From an uncultured Anaerolinea sp. (GTDB taxonomy: Bacteria; Chloroflexota; Limnocylindria; Limnocylindrales; CSP1-4): a DNA stretch of 49,284 bases. A program made the translations under genes and the position numbers. Numbering within the stretch: position 1 is the first letter of the stretch; each line of letters begins with the position of its first letter. Below, piece by piece: positions 1 to 13,149 of the stretch. The notes beneath the pieces were generated by a model, which did no database searches, was not told the origin of the DNA, and saw nothing but the letters and a program-made list of their open reading frames with translations. Location of the stretch: assembly GCA_964580175.1 (NCBI GenBank), contig CAZOJS010000250.1, forward strand, positions 1-49,284. The letters are read 5' to 3'.

Positions 1-266
1 GCCCGCTCGACGAGGTGGTCGGTGGGTTGCTGGGCCTCGTCCAGGGCGCGCTCATCCTCGCGGCGTTCTACCTGATCACGGACCCGTTCTTTACGGTCGT
101 CGGCCAGACCGCCCGGAGCAACGAGTTCCCGTTCGTCAGGCAGATCTACGAGACCCTCCATGGCTCGGTAACGGAGAGCATCGTGCGCGACCAGATCGTC
201 CCGCTCGTGCTGGTCTTCTTCGGCGGGCTGTTCCCCTCGGATGTGACGTCCGTATTCAACTCCTGA
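1..266 (+). CDS. cvpA: CvpA-family membrane protein, C-terminal fragment (5' end outside window)
   Basis: Frame is open from base 3. Hydrophobic helices (LLGLVQGALILAAFYLI, VPLVLVFFGGLF). Sits directly upstream of mutS2, as cvpA does in Bacillus-type synteny. Confidence 0.5.
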   Translation, partial: PLDEVVGGLLGLVQGALILAAFYLITDPFFTVVGQTARSNEFPFVRQIYETLHGSVTESIVRDQIVPLVLVFFGGLFPSDVTSVFNS

Positions 267-301
267 CTCGCGCCGGGTGACACACCGATGGCGCGATCGG
301 T

Positions 302-2707
<2,406 letters not shown>

Positions 2708-2773
2708 GGTCCCGCGGTCCGGCAGGGAGTGCGTTCCGTATGTCGGGCGTGGCCGCCGGGAGACGTGCTTCAG

Positions 2774-5539
2774 CTAGGGCGGCGGTTCGTCCGTGGACAG
2801 GGTCGGCTCCGGCGTCAGCTCCGGTGGCGGTTCGATGCATGGGGTCGGAAGGGGCGTAGCGAACGGATCGAAAGTAGCGAACGGATCGATCGGAGCGACC
2901 GTGGCGAACGGGTCGAAGGTCGTCCCAGGATCGCAGATCGGTGGGAACACCGGCGCGCAGACCTCGGTCGGGGCAAACAGCCCGCCCCAGCTCTTGCCGA
3001 ACGGCGCGAAGCTGTTGTTGTAGAAGTAGCTCGTCTTCGTTTCTTCCGGCCCGCCGGCCACGCCCGGGCCCTGCGCGGCCCGTGTCGCCCAGTCCTGGGT
3101 GAACTCCTGCCAGGCGGGGAACCGCGGCTCGACGCGACTGAAGTCCAGGAAACCCTGGGTGACCATGGGCCCGGCGCATCCGTCCTGCCAGAGCAGCCCC
3201 GTCGCCTCGTCGATGGACAGTTCAAGGTGCAGGTCGTCGGTCCGTGTCGGGACGGTCCCCTCGATGAACAGTTCCTTGACGGTGCTCGCCGTGTAGGGGC
3301 CCGGGAGCAGCCCGCTGAAGGCATCCACCTCCGCCGTCACGAGCCCCGCCGGGCGAATGAACTTGGCGACCGGAAGGCCGAGACTGATTTCGGTCATGAT
3401 CCGCGACCACAGGGGAGCCGAGGAATCAAGCGACAGGCTGCCGGAATTCGGGGTGGCATCCGAGTTGCCCATCCACACGCCAACTGCCAGCGCCGGCGCG
3501 ACCGGGTCCTCTGGTGCGGCGAGATAGCCGAACGCCAGGACGTCCTTGTTGTCCGAGGTCGTGCCCGTCTTGTAGGCGGCCGGGCGCCGCTTGCCGTCCT
3601 CGCGCACCACCCACTTCGACCAGTACGGGTTGACCGCGTTGATCGTATTGCCCTGCAGAATGTCGGTGATGATGTAGGACGCCTGCGCACTGGCCACCTG
3701 CGTCCCCGTCGGCACATCCGACGGGGTCGGGAATACAACGTCGCCACCGGCATTGCGGACCTCGGAAATCATCTGGCGGGGCATCAGCACGCCACCGTTG
3801 CCAATGGCACCGTATGCGGAAAGCAGCTCGATCGGATGGATCTCGAGTGTTCCGATGGACATCGAGGTCACCGGAATGGCGGTTCTGGGAAACGTCAGCC
3901 CGAAGTCCTTCATCCGCTGGAAGAGGTGATCGAGTCCGTTCACCAGGCCCGCCTTGATCGACGGGATGTTGAGTGAGAACTGGAGCGCTGAACGGAGCCG
4001 AACCGGGCCGCGCTCGACCTGGTCGGCCTGGGTCGGGGTAAAGGGCTTCTGCCCGCCGAAGTCCGTCGTCACGTCCATGAACATGGACGCGGCGGTCATC
4101 GATCGGTCGTCAATACCGGTGATGTAGTTGATCGGCTTGATCGCTGAACCCGGCTGGCGGAAGCCATCGGAGAGGACGTCGTACTGCGGCTGGAATGCGA
4201 CCTCGCCGGTCGCGTAGTAGCCGGCACTGCCGGCATAGGCGAGGACCTCGCCGGTCCGGTAGTCGATCACCGCCGATGCCGCATTGTGGATATTGCTGTC
4301 CACGAGCTGGAGAATCCACTTCTGGTCGGCCTCGGGGATCCCAAGCCGCTCAAGGGAGGCTTGTGGGTCGGCGAAGTTCGGCGATCTGGCCGCCGCGAAC
4401 ACCCACTTGTCGACAACCTGCTGCATGTCCCAGTCGAGGGTCGTGGTGATCCGGTAGCCTCCGGTGTCGACTTCCTCGCAGGTGTCGGCAAGCTCCTCGC
4501 CGCACAGAATGGTGCCCAGTTGCCGGCGCACCTGCCAGATGAAGTGGGCGGCCTTCCAGGGTGTGGACGCCTGCCTTGAGAGGACCACAGGCTCCAGCTT
4601 GGCTGCCTCGTATTGCTCGATCGTGTGAGCGCCTCCGGACAGGACGCTCCGGGTCTTCATCAGATCAAGCACCTTGTTGCGACGCACCACGATGCTCGAA
4701 TCCTGGGGCACCACCAGCTGGACGCTGGCCGCGGGGCAGTCCTCTCCCGCGACGATCACAACGGCGCACTCGCTGGCGGCGTTCTTGACGAGATCGAACT
4801 CCGAGGGTGACTGCGGGATTGCGGCGAGGATGGCCACCTCGGCGAGCGTCAGGTCGGCGAGCGTCTTGTTGAAGTAGGTTCGCGCGGCGGCGACCACGCC
4901 GTAGCTCTGGTTCCCGTAGAAGTTCTGATTGAGATAGGCCGTGATGATCTGTTCCTTGCCGTCCTGACCCGGGAATGCCTGGGTCAGGCGGATCGACTGG
5001 ATGATCTCGCGGAACTTTCGTTCGTAGGTCGAGCCCTCGAATGCCTCCTCGGGAAGCAGGCGTGCCCGGACTAGCTGCTGGGTGATCGTGGAACCGCCAC
5101 GTGGACGGCCCTGGAGCGTGTCCACCGTCGCGGACAGGAAGCCGCCGATGTCGAAGCCTGGATTGCTCCAGAAATCCTTGTCCTCGACCGCGGTGGTGGC
5201 ATCAAGCAGTTCGAGGGGAACATTGTCGAAGGTGACGATCTCGCGCTTGTGCTCGCCCAGACGGGCGAGTTCGACCGTGCCGGTCCGGTCGTAGATGATC
5301 GAGGGCTGGTCAAACCCGAGATCCGCGAAGGCCTTGGCTGGATCTGGCAGGTCGCGACTGTAGTACGCATACGCACTGACGACCCCGATGAACGCCGCGC
5401 CGCCGAGGGCAAGGAAACTCGCAAAAAGGAGGATCGGAATGACGAGCGCAACGCGGCTGACGGACTTGCCGCCGCCCCGTCCACGACGCGCAGCGCCGGT
5501 ACGGCGGTGACGCTGACGCCGTGAGAGGCTGGTCTGCAT
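2774..5539 (-). CDS. Class A penicillin-binding protein (transglycosylase/transpeptidase)
   Basis: Glycosyltransferase motifs EDKDFWSNPGFD and RGGSTITQQLVR. Transpeptidase motifs SAIKP (SxxK) and KTGTT. N-terminal TM helix. Start set at ATG 5539 (MQTSLSRRQRH...) rather than the ORF-track 5680. Confidence 0.9.
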   Translation of the reverse strand: MQTSLSRRQRHRRTGAARRGRGGGKSVSRVALVIPILLFASFLALGGAAFIGVVSAYAYYSRDLPDPAKAFADLGFDQPSIIYDRTGTVELARLGEHKREIVTFDNVPLELLDATTAVEDKDFWSNPGFDIGGFLSATVDTLQGRPRGGSTITQQLVRARLLPEEAFEGSTYERKFREIIQSIRLTQAFPGQDGKEQIITAYLNQNFYGNQSYGVVAAARTYFNKTLADLTLAEVAILAAIPQSPSEFDLVKNAASECAVVIVAGEDCPAASVQLVVPQDSSIVVRRNKVLDLMKTRSVLSGGAHTIEQYEAAKLEPVVLSRQASTPWKAAHFIWQVRRQLGTILCGEELADTCEEVDTGGYRITTTLDWDMQQVVDKWVFAAARSPNFADPQASLERLGIPEADQKWILQLVDSNIHNAASAVIDYRTGEVLAYAGSAGYYATGEVAFQPQYDVLSDGFRQPGSAIKPINYITGIDDRSMTAASMFMDVTTDFGGQKPFTPTQADQVERGPVRLRSALQFSLNIPSIKAGLVNGLDHLFQRMKDFGLTFPRTAIPVTSMSIGTLEIHPIELLSAYGAIGNGGVLMPRQMISEVRNAGGDVVFPTPSDVPTGTQVASAQASYIITDILQGNTINAVNPYWSKWVVREDGKRRPAAYKTGTTSDNKDVLAFGYLAAPEDPVAPALAVGVWMGNSDATPNSGSLSLDSSAPLWSRIMTEISLGLPVAKFIRPAGLVTAEVDAFSGLLPGPYTASTVKELFIEGTVPTRTDDLHLELSIDEATGLLWQDGCAGPMVTQGFLDFSRVEPRFPAWQEFTQDWATRAAQGPGVAGGPEETKTSYFYNNSFAPFGKSWGGLFAPTEVCAPVFPPICDPGTTFDPFATVAPIDPFATFDPFATPLPTPCIEPPPELTPEPTLSTDEPPP

Positions 5540-5621
5540 GTCGGCGGCGACGATACCATAGGGACCGTGGAGGACCTTCCCCCGATTCGGCCAGCTCCGT
5601 GACGCCCTGTGACCGTGTCCT

Positions 5622-6917
5622 GTGACGAGCTTCGATCCCGGCCCCGCCGGACTGCTCGATGAACTTCGCTGGCGCGGCATGTTCCACGTCGCATCCGAGG
5701 GCCTGGAAGCCCGTCTGGCGACGGGTCGCCCACTGTCGGGCTACATCGGGTTCGATCCGTCCGGTCCCTCGCTCCACATCGGTCATCTCGTGCCGATCTT
5801 TGGACTCATCCACCTGCAGCGCCATGGCGGGAGTCCGGTTGCCCTCGTCGGCGGGGGAACGGGCATGATCGGCGATCCCTCCGGGCGGTCGACGGAGCGG
5901 AACCTGCTGGATCGGGACACGCTGGCGTCCAACGCCGACTCGATCCGGCGGCAACTGGAGCGGTTTCTCGACTTCGGAACAGGGACCGACGGCGCGCGCC
6001 TGGCCAACAATCGCGACTGGCTGGAGTCGATGACCGTCATCGATTTCCTGCGCGACGTCGGGAAGCACTTCACCGTGCCCTACATGCTGGCCAAGGATTC
6101 GGTCCAGGTCCGCCTGGATCGCGGCCTGTCCTACACCGAATTCAGCTACATGCTCCTGCAATCCGTCGACTTCGCACACCTGCGACGGACGATGGGTGTG
6201 GAGATGCAGATGGGCGGCGCCGACCAGTGGGGCAACATCACGGCCGGGCTTGAATTGATCCGGCGCACGAGCGGCGCGTCGGACGAAGGGTCGTCCGCGT
6301 ACGCGCTCGCCTACCCACTGCTGCTTTCGCCATCGGGGGGCAAGTTCGGCAAGTCGGCCGACGGCGACTCGGTCTGGCTGGACCCGGAACGGACCACGCC
6401 GTTCGCGTTCTACCAGTACTGGCTTAACACCGATGATCGCGACACGGGCACGTATCTTCGATGGTTCACCACAATGGACCCGGCGACGATCGAGTCGCTC
6501 GACGCGGAGTTGGTGGCCAATCCGGGCGCTCGCGAGGCCCAACGAGCCCTGGCGCTGGACATCACCGCCCGAACCCACGGAGCGCCCGTCGCGAGGCAGG
6601 TAGCTGAAGATTCGATGGCCCTATTTGCGCCCGACCCGATCAGCGATCCGGCCCTCCTCGAGCGCCTGCACGGCAGCGTCGGTGGGTTCAGCGTGGCGTC
6701 ATCTGCGTTGACTGAACCGGCGGTCTCCGTGCTCGCTGACGCCGGCATCTTCGGTTCGCGCGGTGAGGCCCGCCGGATGATCCAGAACGGCGGCCTGACG
6801 GTCAACGGCGAGGTGCTCCACGAGCCCGGCGACGCCCTGCCTCCGCCGCTGGCGGGTCGTTGGTGGGAGGTCCGGATCGGCAAGCGCCGGCGCGTGATCG
6901 GCCGCCTCGAGCGCTGA
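5622..6917 (+). CDS. tyrS: Tyrosine--tRNA ligase
   Basis: HIGH-type motif SLHIGHLV, KFGKS (KMSKS-type), C-terminal S4-like domain. GTG start. Confidence 0.93.
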   Translation: MTSFDPGPAGLLDELRWRGMFHVASEGLEARLATGRPLSGYIGFDPSGPSLHIGHLVPIFGLIHLQRHGGSPVALVGGGTGMIGDPSGRSTERNLLDRDTLASNADSIRRQLERFLDFGTGTDGARLANNRDWLESMTVIDFLRDVGKHFTVPYMLAKDSVQVRLDRGLSYTEFSYMLLQSVDFAHLRRTMGVEMQMGGADQWGNITAGLELIRRTSGASDEGSSAYALAYPLLLSPSGGKFGKSADGDSVWLDPERTTPFAFYQYWLNTDDRDTGTYLRWFTTMDPATIESLDAELVANPGAREAQRALALDITARTHGAPVARQVAEDSMALFAPDPISDPALLERLHGSVGGFSVASSALTEPAVSVLADAGIFGSRGEARRMIQNGGLTVNGEVLHEPGDALPPPLAGRWWEVRIGKRRRVIGRLER

Positions 6918-6936
6918 TCTGGTCGGCCGAGCGACT

Positions 6937-7614
6937 TCAGCCGGCGTGGCGTTTCTGCAGGATCTCGACGACCCGGCGCGGATCGACGTCTCGTTCTGCC
7001 AACAGGACCAACGCGTGGTAGAGCAAATCGGCAGCTTCTCCGGCTAGAGCCTCCGTCGTTGCGGCTCGGTCCCGACCGGCCACCTCAGCGGCCGCGTCGT
7101 TCTTGGCGGCCAGCAGGACTTCGGTGGCCTCCTCGGTCACCTTCCGACCGACGACGTCCACGCCACCATCCAGGAGCGTGGTCGTGTAGGAGTCAGCCGG
7201 TCGCGCGCGGCGCCGCGCGTCGATCACCGCCCATAGGGTCTCCAGCCAGACAAAGCCCTGATTGGCCACGCGCGCGACGAGTTGATCAGCGGAATTACCA
7301 CCGTCATCGGCGTCGAAGCAGCTGCGTGAGCCTCGATGACACGTTGGGCCCGCCGGCCGGACCGTCGCGAGGAGGGCGTCCCCGTCGCAGTCGAGCGCCA
7401 GGCGGACCACCGCCAGGACATTGCCGCTCGTTTCGCCCTTGCGCCAGAGGCGATCCCGGGAACGTGAGTGGAAGTGCATCTCCCCGGTCGCAAGCGTCGC
7501 GGCAAGGGCGGCCGCGTCGCTATAGGCAACCATCAGGACCCTGCCGTCGGCCTCGTCCTGGACCACGACCGGCACGAGCCCCGCCTGATCGTAGCTGGGT
7601 CGGATGTCGCTCAT
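6937..7614 (-). CDS. hisIE: Bifunctional phosphoribosyl-AMP cyclohydrolase / phosphoribosyl-ATP pyrophosphatase
   Basis: N-terminal HisI ([26 protein letters not shown]) fused to a HisE-like C-terminus ([22 protein letters not shown]). ATGA overlap with the hisF stop. Confidence 0.92.
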   Translation of the reverse strand: MSDIRPSYDQAGLVPVVVQDEADGRVLMVAYSDAAALAATLATGEMHFHSRSRDRLWRKGETSGNVLAVVRLALDCDGDALLATVRPAGPTCHRGSRSCFDADDGGNSADQLVARVANQGFVWLETLWAVIDARRRARPADSYTTTLLDGGVDVVGRKVTEEATEVLLAAKNDAAAEVAGRDRAATTEALAGEAADLLYHALVLLAERDVDPRRVVEILQKRHAG

Positions 7615-8402
7615 CCGGCCATCCGATACGTGCGCCGGACCGGGATTCCGGCGGCCAGCATCGCGGTCTTGACCGCCTCGATGGAGTGCAATCCGCGATG
7701 AAAGATGGAGGCCGCGAGAACCGCGGCGGCACCACCCTCTGCCACTGCCCGCACGAAGTCATCCGGCCCAGCCGCGCCACCCGAGGCAATGACCGGGACC
7801 TCCACCCTGGATGAGATCGCGTGCAGCAACTCGGTGTCGAAGCCGTTCTGCGTGCCGTCTCGATCGATCGAGGTCACCAGCAATTCGCCCGCGCCGAGCC
7901 CGGCCGCCTCGACGGCCCAGCTGACCGCATCGCGCCCGGTCGTGTCACGCCCGCCGCGCACGAGCACTTCCCAGGTCGGCGACGCATCCGGCGTCCCGCC
8001 AGCCCGACGAGCGTCGATCGCAACGACGACGGCCTGCCGCCCGAACCGACGTGCACATCGACTGATCAGATCGGGGTCTCCGACCGCAGCCGTGTTCAGC
8101 GATACCTTGTCCGCGCCCGCCCGCAGCACGGCGCGCATGTCCGAGTCCGAGCGCACCCCGCCGCCGACCGTCAGCGGGATGAACGCGCGCCGAGCCGTAC
8201 GTTCGACGAGCTCCAGCATCGTGGCCCGTCCGTCGCTCGACGCGGTGATGTCGAGGAACACGAGCTCATCGGCCCCTTCATCCGCATACCGGGCTGCGAG
8301 TTCGGTGGGATCGCCCTCGTCGGTCAGATCGACGAACCGGGTGCCCTTCACGACGCGACCGCCCGCCACGTCCAGGCAGGGGATGACCCGACAGCGAAGC
8401 AT
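7611..8402 (-). CDS. hisF: Imidazole glycerol phosphate synthase cyclase subunit
   Basis: [20 protein letters not shown]..., [17 protein letters not shown]. Start moved to ATG 8402, because the upstream part of the 400-aa ORF is Arg/Pro-rich non-protein-like sequence. Confidence 0.93.
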   Translation of the reverse strand: MLRCRVIPCLDVAGGRVVKGTRFVDLTDEGDPTELAARYADEGADELVFLDITASSDGRATMLELVERTARRAFIPLTVGGGVRSDSDMRAVLRAGADKVSLNTAAVGDPDLISRCARRFGRQAVVVAIDARRAGGTPDASPTWEVLVRGGRDTTGRDAVSWAVEAAGLGAGELLVTSIDRDGTQNGFDTELLHAISSRVEVPVIASGGAAGPDDFVRAVAEGGAAAVLAASIFHRGLHSIEAVKTAMLAAGIPVRRTYRMAG

Positions 8403-8403
8403 C

Positions 8404-9096
8404 TCAGTCACCTCCGGCGGTGCCGCCGGCACCGACCGGACTGCGCTCGGCCCCCGCGCCCGCCGACAGGGCGGTCGCCCAGCGCACGAAATTGCCGAGC
8501 ATCCGGATCCCGTTGCCACCGCTCCGCTCGGGGTGGAATTGGACCCCGAGCACGTTGCCGCGCTCGATGGCCGAGACGAACGGCCGTCCGTGGGTCGTCT
8601 CGGCGAGGATGGCGGATTCTCCCGCGGCGCCCACCGGAGCGCCGGCGTAGGAGTGGACGAAATACAGGTCGGCGCCGTTCTCGATGCCGGTGAACAGCAC
8701 GTGCTCCCGCCGCCGTACCACCTGGTTCCAGCCGATGTGCGGGAGCGACGGGGCGTCGGGAAGCACCACGGTCCGGCCAGGCAGAATCCCGAGCGTCTCG
8801 GCATTATCCTCATCGCTGCGCTCGAACAGGAGCTGCATTCCCAGGCAGATGCCGAGGAATGGCCGGCCGAGCGCGATCCAGCGGCGGATCGGCTCGACGA
8901 AGCCGGCTGCCGCCAGCCGGTCCATCGCCGGTGCTGCGGCCCCGACGCCGGGCACGATCAGGGCGTCGGCGTGGTCCAGGTCCCGGCCTGACGTCGCGAC
9001 CCGTACTTGGGCCCCGACGAACGTGAGAGCCTGGTCGATGCTGACGAGGTTCCCCGCGTCATAGTCGACCACGGCCACGCGGAGCGGGCCATGCAT
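8404..9096 (-). CDS. hisH: Imidazole glycerol phosphate synthase glutamine amidotransferase subunit
   Basis: [12 protein letters not shown], catalytic [21 protein letters not shown]. Start set at ATG 9096. Confidence 0.9.
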   Translation of the reverse strand: MHGPLRVAVVDYDAGNLVSIDQALTFVGAQVRVATSGRDLDHADALIVPGVGAAAPAMDRLAAAGFVEPIRRWIALGRPFLGICLGMQLLFERSDEDNAETLGILPGRTVVLPDAPSLPHIGWNQVVRRREHVLFTGIENGADLYFVHSYAGAPVGAAGESAILAETTHGRPFVSAIERGNVLGVQFHPERSGGNGIRMLGNFVRWATALSAGAGAERSPVGAGGTAGGD

Positions 9097-9122
9097 TCCT
9101 CCGCCAGCACCCGGCCCGCCGA

Positions 9123-9749
9123 TCACCGGGCCATGCCCTTCGTGGACGGGATGCCGGCCCGGCGCGGGTCGGGCTCGCAGGCCGAACGCAGGGCGCGGGC
9201 GATCGCCTTGAACGCAGCTTCGGCCAGGTGATGGTCGTTGCGACCCGTGCCGCGGACGTGCAGCGTGCACCCGGATGTCCGGGCGAACGCCTCGAGGGCG
9301 TGCTCGATCAACTGCGTCGGGAGGGTGCCGATGCGCTCGGCCCGAAACGGCAGGTCGACGACGGCGTAGGGCCGACCTCCGACGTCGACGGCAGCGCTGG
9401 CGAGGGATTCGTCCATCGGTACCGAGGCCTCACCAAACCGTCGAATGCCGGCCCGGTCCCCGAGCGCCGCGTCGAGCGCCGCCCCGAGCACCAGGGCAAC
9501 GTCCTCGGCCGTGTGGTGCTCATCGACCTCCAGATCGCCGGTGGCCCTGATCTCGAGATCCAGGAGGCTGTGATGCGCCAGCGAGGTCAGGAGGTGATCG
9601 AGAAAGCCGATGCCCGTGGACACGTCGGCCCGCCCCTCACCATCGAGCACGAGGCGCACGGAGACGTCGGTCTCCCGGGTAACGCGCCGAAGGGCGCTCA
9701 TGCGGGAGCCGGAGTCGAGGATCTCGAGCGCGCCGAGCGGGCTGGTCAT
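9123..9749 (-). CDS. hisB: Imidazoleglycerol-phosphate dehydratase (monofunctional)
   Basis: GIGFLDHLLTSLAHHS, DEHHTAEDVALVLG. No fused phosphatase domain. Confidence 0.93.
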   Translation of the reverse strand: MTSPLGALEILDSGSRMSALRRVTRETDVSVRLVLDGEGRADVSTGIGFLDHLLTSLAHHSLLDLEIRATGDLEVDEHHTAEDVALVLGAALDAALGDRAGIRRFGEASVPMDESLASAAVDVGGRPYAVVDLPFRAERIGTLPTQLIEHALEAFARTSGCTLHVRGTGRNDHHLAEAAFKAIARALRSACEPDPRRAGIPSTKGMAR

Positions 9750-10889
9750 TTAGTCGGTCTCCAATGGGTCGGTCGCGGCGGCCATGAGGCGATCGTTCTC
9801 GGGGATGCTCCGGATGGTCAGTCGAAGACAGTGAGCCAGGGGGTGGTCGGCACCGAACGTCCGTGGGACCAGGCCGCGGCGGAGGAGGTGCTGCGCTGCG
9901 GCGGCGGCCCGGACCGCCGTCCCGAAGTCGACCAGCAGGAAGTTCGTGACCGATGGTCGGACCGTCCAGCCCGCGGCGACCAGGCCCGCAGTCAGGCGTG
10001 ACCTTTCGGCAGTCACGCGGGCAAGGTTTTCAACCAGGATGTCGTCATCCCGCAGGGCCGCCTCGACGATCGCGACCGATGGAACCGACACGGAACCGGG
10101 TGGCCGGTAGGGCGCCATCGCGGCGATCAACTCGGGGCGAGCGAGGGCAAAACCCACCCGCAGGCCGGCCAGTGCATACGCTTTGCTGGCAGTCCGGATC
10201 ACGATCAGCCGCGGGAAGCGCGCGCGCAGGCCCACCAGTGAGCGATCAACGAACTCCGCATACGCCTCGTCGAGGACGACGATCGGCGACGCCACGCCTG
10301 CGGCACGGCCATCGGCCGCAAGGTCGGCAAGGAGGGCCTCAATGGCACCGTCCGGTTCGGCCAGTCCCGTCGGATTGTTCGGGCTGCACAACCACACGAC
10401 GTGGGCGCCCCGGGAGGCCACCCGAACCGCAGCCGGATCAAGGGCGAACCCCGCATCGGGACCAAGGCGCGGCACGGAGCGCACGGCGGCGCCCCGCTGC
10501 TCGCTGTTGACGCGATACATGGCATAGGACGGCGTCGGGATGACGGCGCTGCCACCCATCGGGAGAAATGCCTTGGCGATGAGATCCAGCACCTCATCCG
10601 CACCCGCACCTACGAGGATCTCGTCCGCACCCACGCCGTACCTTCGTGCGGCGGCGTCGATCAGCTGTCGGTAGTCCGAGGGCGGGTACTCAGAGATCGA
10701 CCGATCAAATCTATTTGCATTCAGGAGTCGGACGGCGAGCTCGGGCGGGGCAGGGGACGTGTTGAGATCGAATCGGGCGACCGAGCCCTGGGGGATGCCA
10801 TACCGGGCGGCGACTTCCTCGTCCGTTGCCTCCCAGGCGTAGCCCGCGGGCGCAGTCGGCGACATGAAGGTCTCCGGCGTCGGTGTCAT
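9750..10889 (-). CDS. hisC: Histidinol-phosphate aminotransferase
   Basis: Class II aminotransferase. PLP lysine in SKAYALAGLRVGFA. Directly abuts hisB and overlaps the hisD stop. Confidence 0.9.
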   Translation of the reverse strand: MTPTPETFMSPTAPAGYAWEATDEEVAARYGIPQGSVARFDLNTSPAPPELAVRLLNANRFDRSISEYPPSDYRQLIDAAARRYGVGADEILVGAGADEVLDLIAKAFLPMGGSAVIPTPSYAMYRVNSEQRGAAVRSVPRLGPDAGFALDPAAVRVASRGAHVVWLCSPNNPTGLAEPDGAIEALLADLAADGRAAGVASPIVVLDEAYAEFVDRSLVGLRARFPRLIVIRTASKAYALAGLRVGFALARPELIAAMAPYRPPGSVSVPSVAIVEAALRDDDILVENLARVTAERSRLTAGLVAAGWTVRPSVTNFLLVDFGTAVRAAAAAQHLLRRGLVPRTFGADHPLAHCLRLTIRSIPENDRLMAAATDPLETD

Positions 10890-12250
10890 CGGGGTGCATC
10901 CGATGGCGGCATGGCGGTCGGCAGTCCGAGCGGAACGCCGGGGAAGCGGGCCTCGACCGCGTCACGGTGAGCGAACAGCCCCTCCGCCTCGGCGAGCGTC
11001 GCGATCGTCGGGCGCAGGGACGCCAGGCCGTCGCGCGTGATCCGCTGGATCTGGACGAACTTCCCGAATGTCTCGGCCGCAAGGGCCCCGCTGCCCCGCG
11101 CCAGGCCGCCGGTCGGCAACACATGGTTGGCGCCGGTTGCGTAGTCGCCGGCCGATTCGGGTGCCCACGGTCCCACGAAGACCGAGCCAGCATTTTTCAC
11201 CTGGGCGACCGCTGCCTCGAGGTCGGGTACGTCGATGGAGAGGTGTTCCGGGGCATACGCATTCGCCACGGCGATCCCGGCGTCGACGTCGCTCACCAGG
11301 ATGACCCGACCGTGCCGCCGGAGGGCCTCAACGAGGACGCCGCTGCGCGGTGCGACGGCCACCCGAGCCCATAGGGCCGCTTCGACGGCCTCGGCGAAGG
11401 CGTCGTCGGTCGTGACGAGGATCGCCGGCGAGTCGGGACCGTGTTCCGCCTGGGTGAGCAGATCTGCGGCAATCCGGTCCGGGTCGGCCGGAGGTGTCGC
11501 CAGGACCAGGCCCTCGGACGGGCCTGCCGGCAGGTCGATCGCGGTCCGGCCCGCCAGTTCAATCTTGGCGGCGGTCACCCAGGCGTTGCCCGGCCCCACG
11601 ATGAGATCGACCTCGGCGATGCGCAGCGCAGGCAGCCCGAATGCCAGGGCGCCGATGGCCTGGGCCCCGCCCGCGACCAGGATTGCGTCGATCCCGAGCA
11701 TGCCGGCAGTGCCGAGCAGAACAGGGTCAACGAGCCCGTCCGGCCCAGCCGGACTGGCGACCACGATCGAGCCGACGCCGGCGACCTGTGCCGGCACCAC
11801 GGTCATCACCAGACTCGACGGATAGGCGGCCCCACCACCCGGAACGTAGGCTCCAGCACGCCCGACGGGAACCCAGCGTCGCTCGATCTCGACCCCCGGC
11901 TCGATCGTCACGGTCGTCGTCGTGGGCCGCTGAACCAGGGCGAACTTGCGCACGTGCTCGATGGCCACGTCCAGGGCGTTACGAACGGCAGGGGCGAGGT
12001 CCCCGGCGGCCCGAGCGAGTTCGTCACGCCAGAGCACCAGCCGACCATCTCGCTGGCCGCCGCCGTATTGCGTATTGGCTGCCGTGACGGCCCCGGCGCC
12101 GCCCTGTTCGACGGCGGCGAGAATGGCCCGGGCGGCGGCCCGGACGGCCGGATCGGGAACGGCGCCCCGCCTGGCAAGTGCCACCACGGCGGGATCGGAC
12201 GCGGCGGCGGCCCCGCGGGCGCGCAGATCGAGACGCGCAATCGCGGTCAT
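10886..12250 (-). CDS. hisD: Histidinol dehydrogenase
   Basis: QAEHGPDS, ANAYAPEHL, HVLPTGG. Start set at ATG 12250 (MTAIARLDL...). Confidence 0.92.
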   Translation of the reverse strand: MTAIARLDLRARGAAAASDPAVVALARRGAVPDPAVRAAARAILAAVEQGGAGAVTAANTQYGGGQRDGRLVLWRDELARAAGDLAPAVRNALDVAIEHVRKFALVQRPTTTTVTIEPGVEIERRWVPVGRAGAYVPGGGAAYPSSLVMTVVPAQVAGVGSIVVASPAGPDGLVDPVLLGTAGMLGIDAILVAGGAQAIGALAFGLPALRIAEVDLIVGPGNAWVTAAKIELAGRTAIDLPAGPSEGLVLATPPADPDRIAADLLTQAEHGPDSPAILVTTDDAFAEAVEAALWARVAVAPRSGVLVEALRRHGRVILVSDVDAGIAVANAYAPEHLSIDVPDLEAAVAQVKNAGSVFVGPWAPESAGDYATGANHVLPTGGLARGSGALAAETFGKFVQIQRITRDGLASLRPTIATLAEAEGLFAHRDAVEARFPGVPLGLPTAMPPSDAPR

Positions 12251-12285
12251 CACGTGCGGCTGGGTCGGGCGCTGTCCGACCGGAC

Positions 12286-13149
12286 TCACGGCACGATCTT
12301 CTCGATCGGCAGGACCAGGATCCCGGACGCGCCGGCGGCCTTGAGGCGGGGCAGCAGGGCCCACACGTCATCGGCGCCCACGACCGCGTGGATCGCGATC
12401 ATCCCCTCGTGGGCCAGGGGAATGACCGAGGGCGACTCGAGTCCAGGCAGGAGTCCTTCGAGCTCGGCGAGCCGGTCCGCGGGCGCGTTCATCATCACGT
12501 ACTTGCGGTCCCGTGCCGCGATCACTGCGCCGATCATCGTGTCCAGGCCCGCGATCCCTCGTTCCTGAGCGGCGGACAGGTCCGGCCTGGCCACGAGGAC
12601 GGCTTCGGAAGCGAGGACGTCCTCGACGCTGCGCAGGCCGTTCATGGCCAGCGTCGACCCGGTCGAGACCAGATCGACGATGCCCTCGGCCAGCCCGAGC
12701 CGCGGCGCGACCTCGACGGCACCCGACAGGGCGATCACCTCGACGTCGAGATCCCGCTGCCGGAAGAAGGCACGCGCGATGTTGGGGTGTGCGGTCGCGA
12801 CACGTTGCCCGACCAGGTCCTCGGAGCGTGCGACAGGGCTGCTCGTCGGGACGGCCACGGCCAGCCGGCAGCGCCCGTATCCGAGACGTCGCATGACCGG
12901 CAGCGATGAGCCGGACTCAGCCAGAAGATCGGCCCCGGTGATCCCCAGATCCGCCACACCGTCCGCGACGAACTCGGCGATGTCCGCCGCCCGCACGAAC
13001 AGGATGTCCAGGTCGAAGTTCTGGACAAGCGCGACCAGGCTCCGATCATGCTCCTCGAAGACCAGCCCGGAGCCATGCAGGAGCGCGATCGTGGGATCGA
13101 CGAGGCGCCCCTTGTTCGGAATTGCCAGGCGGAGGCGGTCGCGCGTCAC
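12286..13149 (-). CDS. hisG: ATP phosphoribosyltransferase, long form
   Basis: LRLAIPNKGRL, 287 aa with a C-terminal regulatory domain. GTG start overlaps the hisR stop (GTGA). Confidence 0.92.
   Translation of the reverse strand: MTRDRLRLAIPNKGRLVDPTIALLHGSGLVFEEHDRSLVALVQNFDLDILFVRAADIAEFVADGVADLGITGADLLAESGSSLPVMRRLGYGRCRLAVAVPTSSPVARSEDLVGQRVATAHPNIARAFFRQRDLDVEVIALSGAVEVAPRLGLAEGIVDLVSTGSTLAMNGLRSVEDVLASEAVLVARPDLSAAQERGIAGLDTMIGAVIAARDRKYVMMNAPADRLAELEGLLPGLESPSVIPLAHEGMIAIHAVVGADDVWALLPRLKAAGASGILVLPIEKIVP

Noticed and set aside
5540-5621. T-box leader upstream of tyrS
   Set aside because: The spacer is only 82 bp and is shared with the divergent PBP gene. There is no GGUGGNACCGCG-type T-box sequence or specifier-loop architecture.
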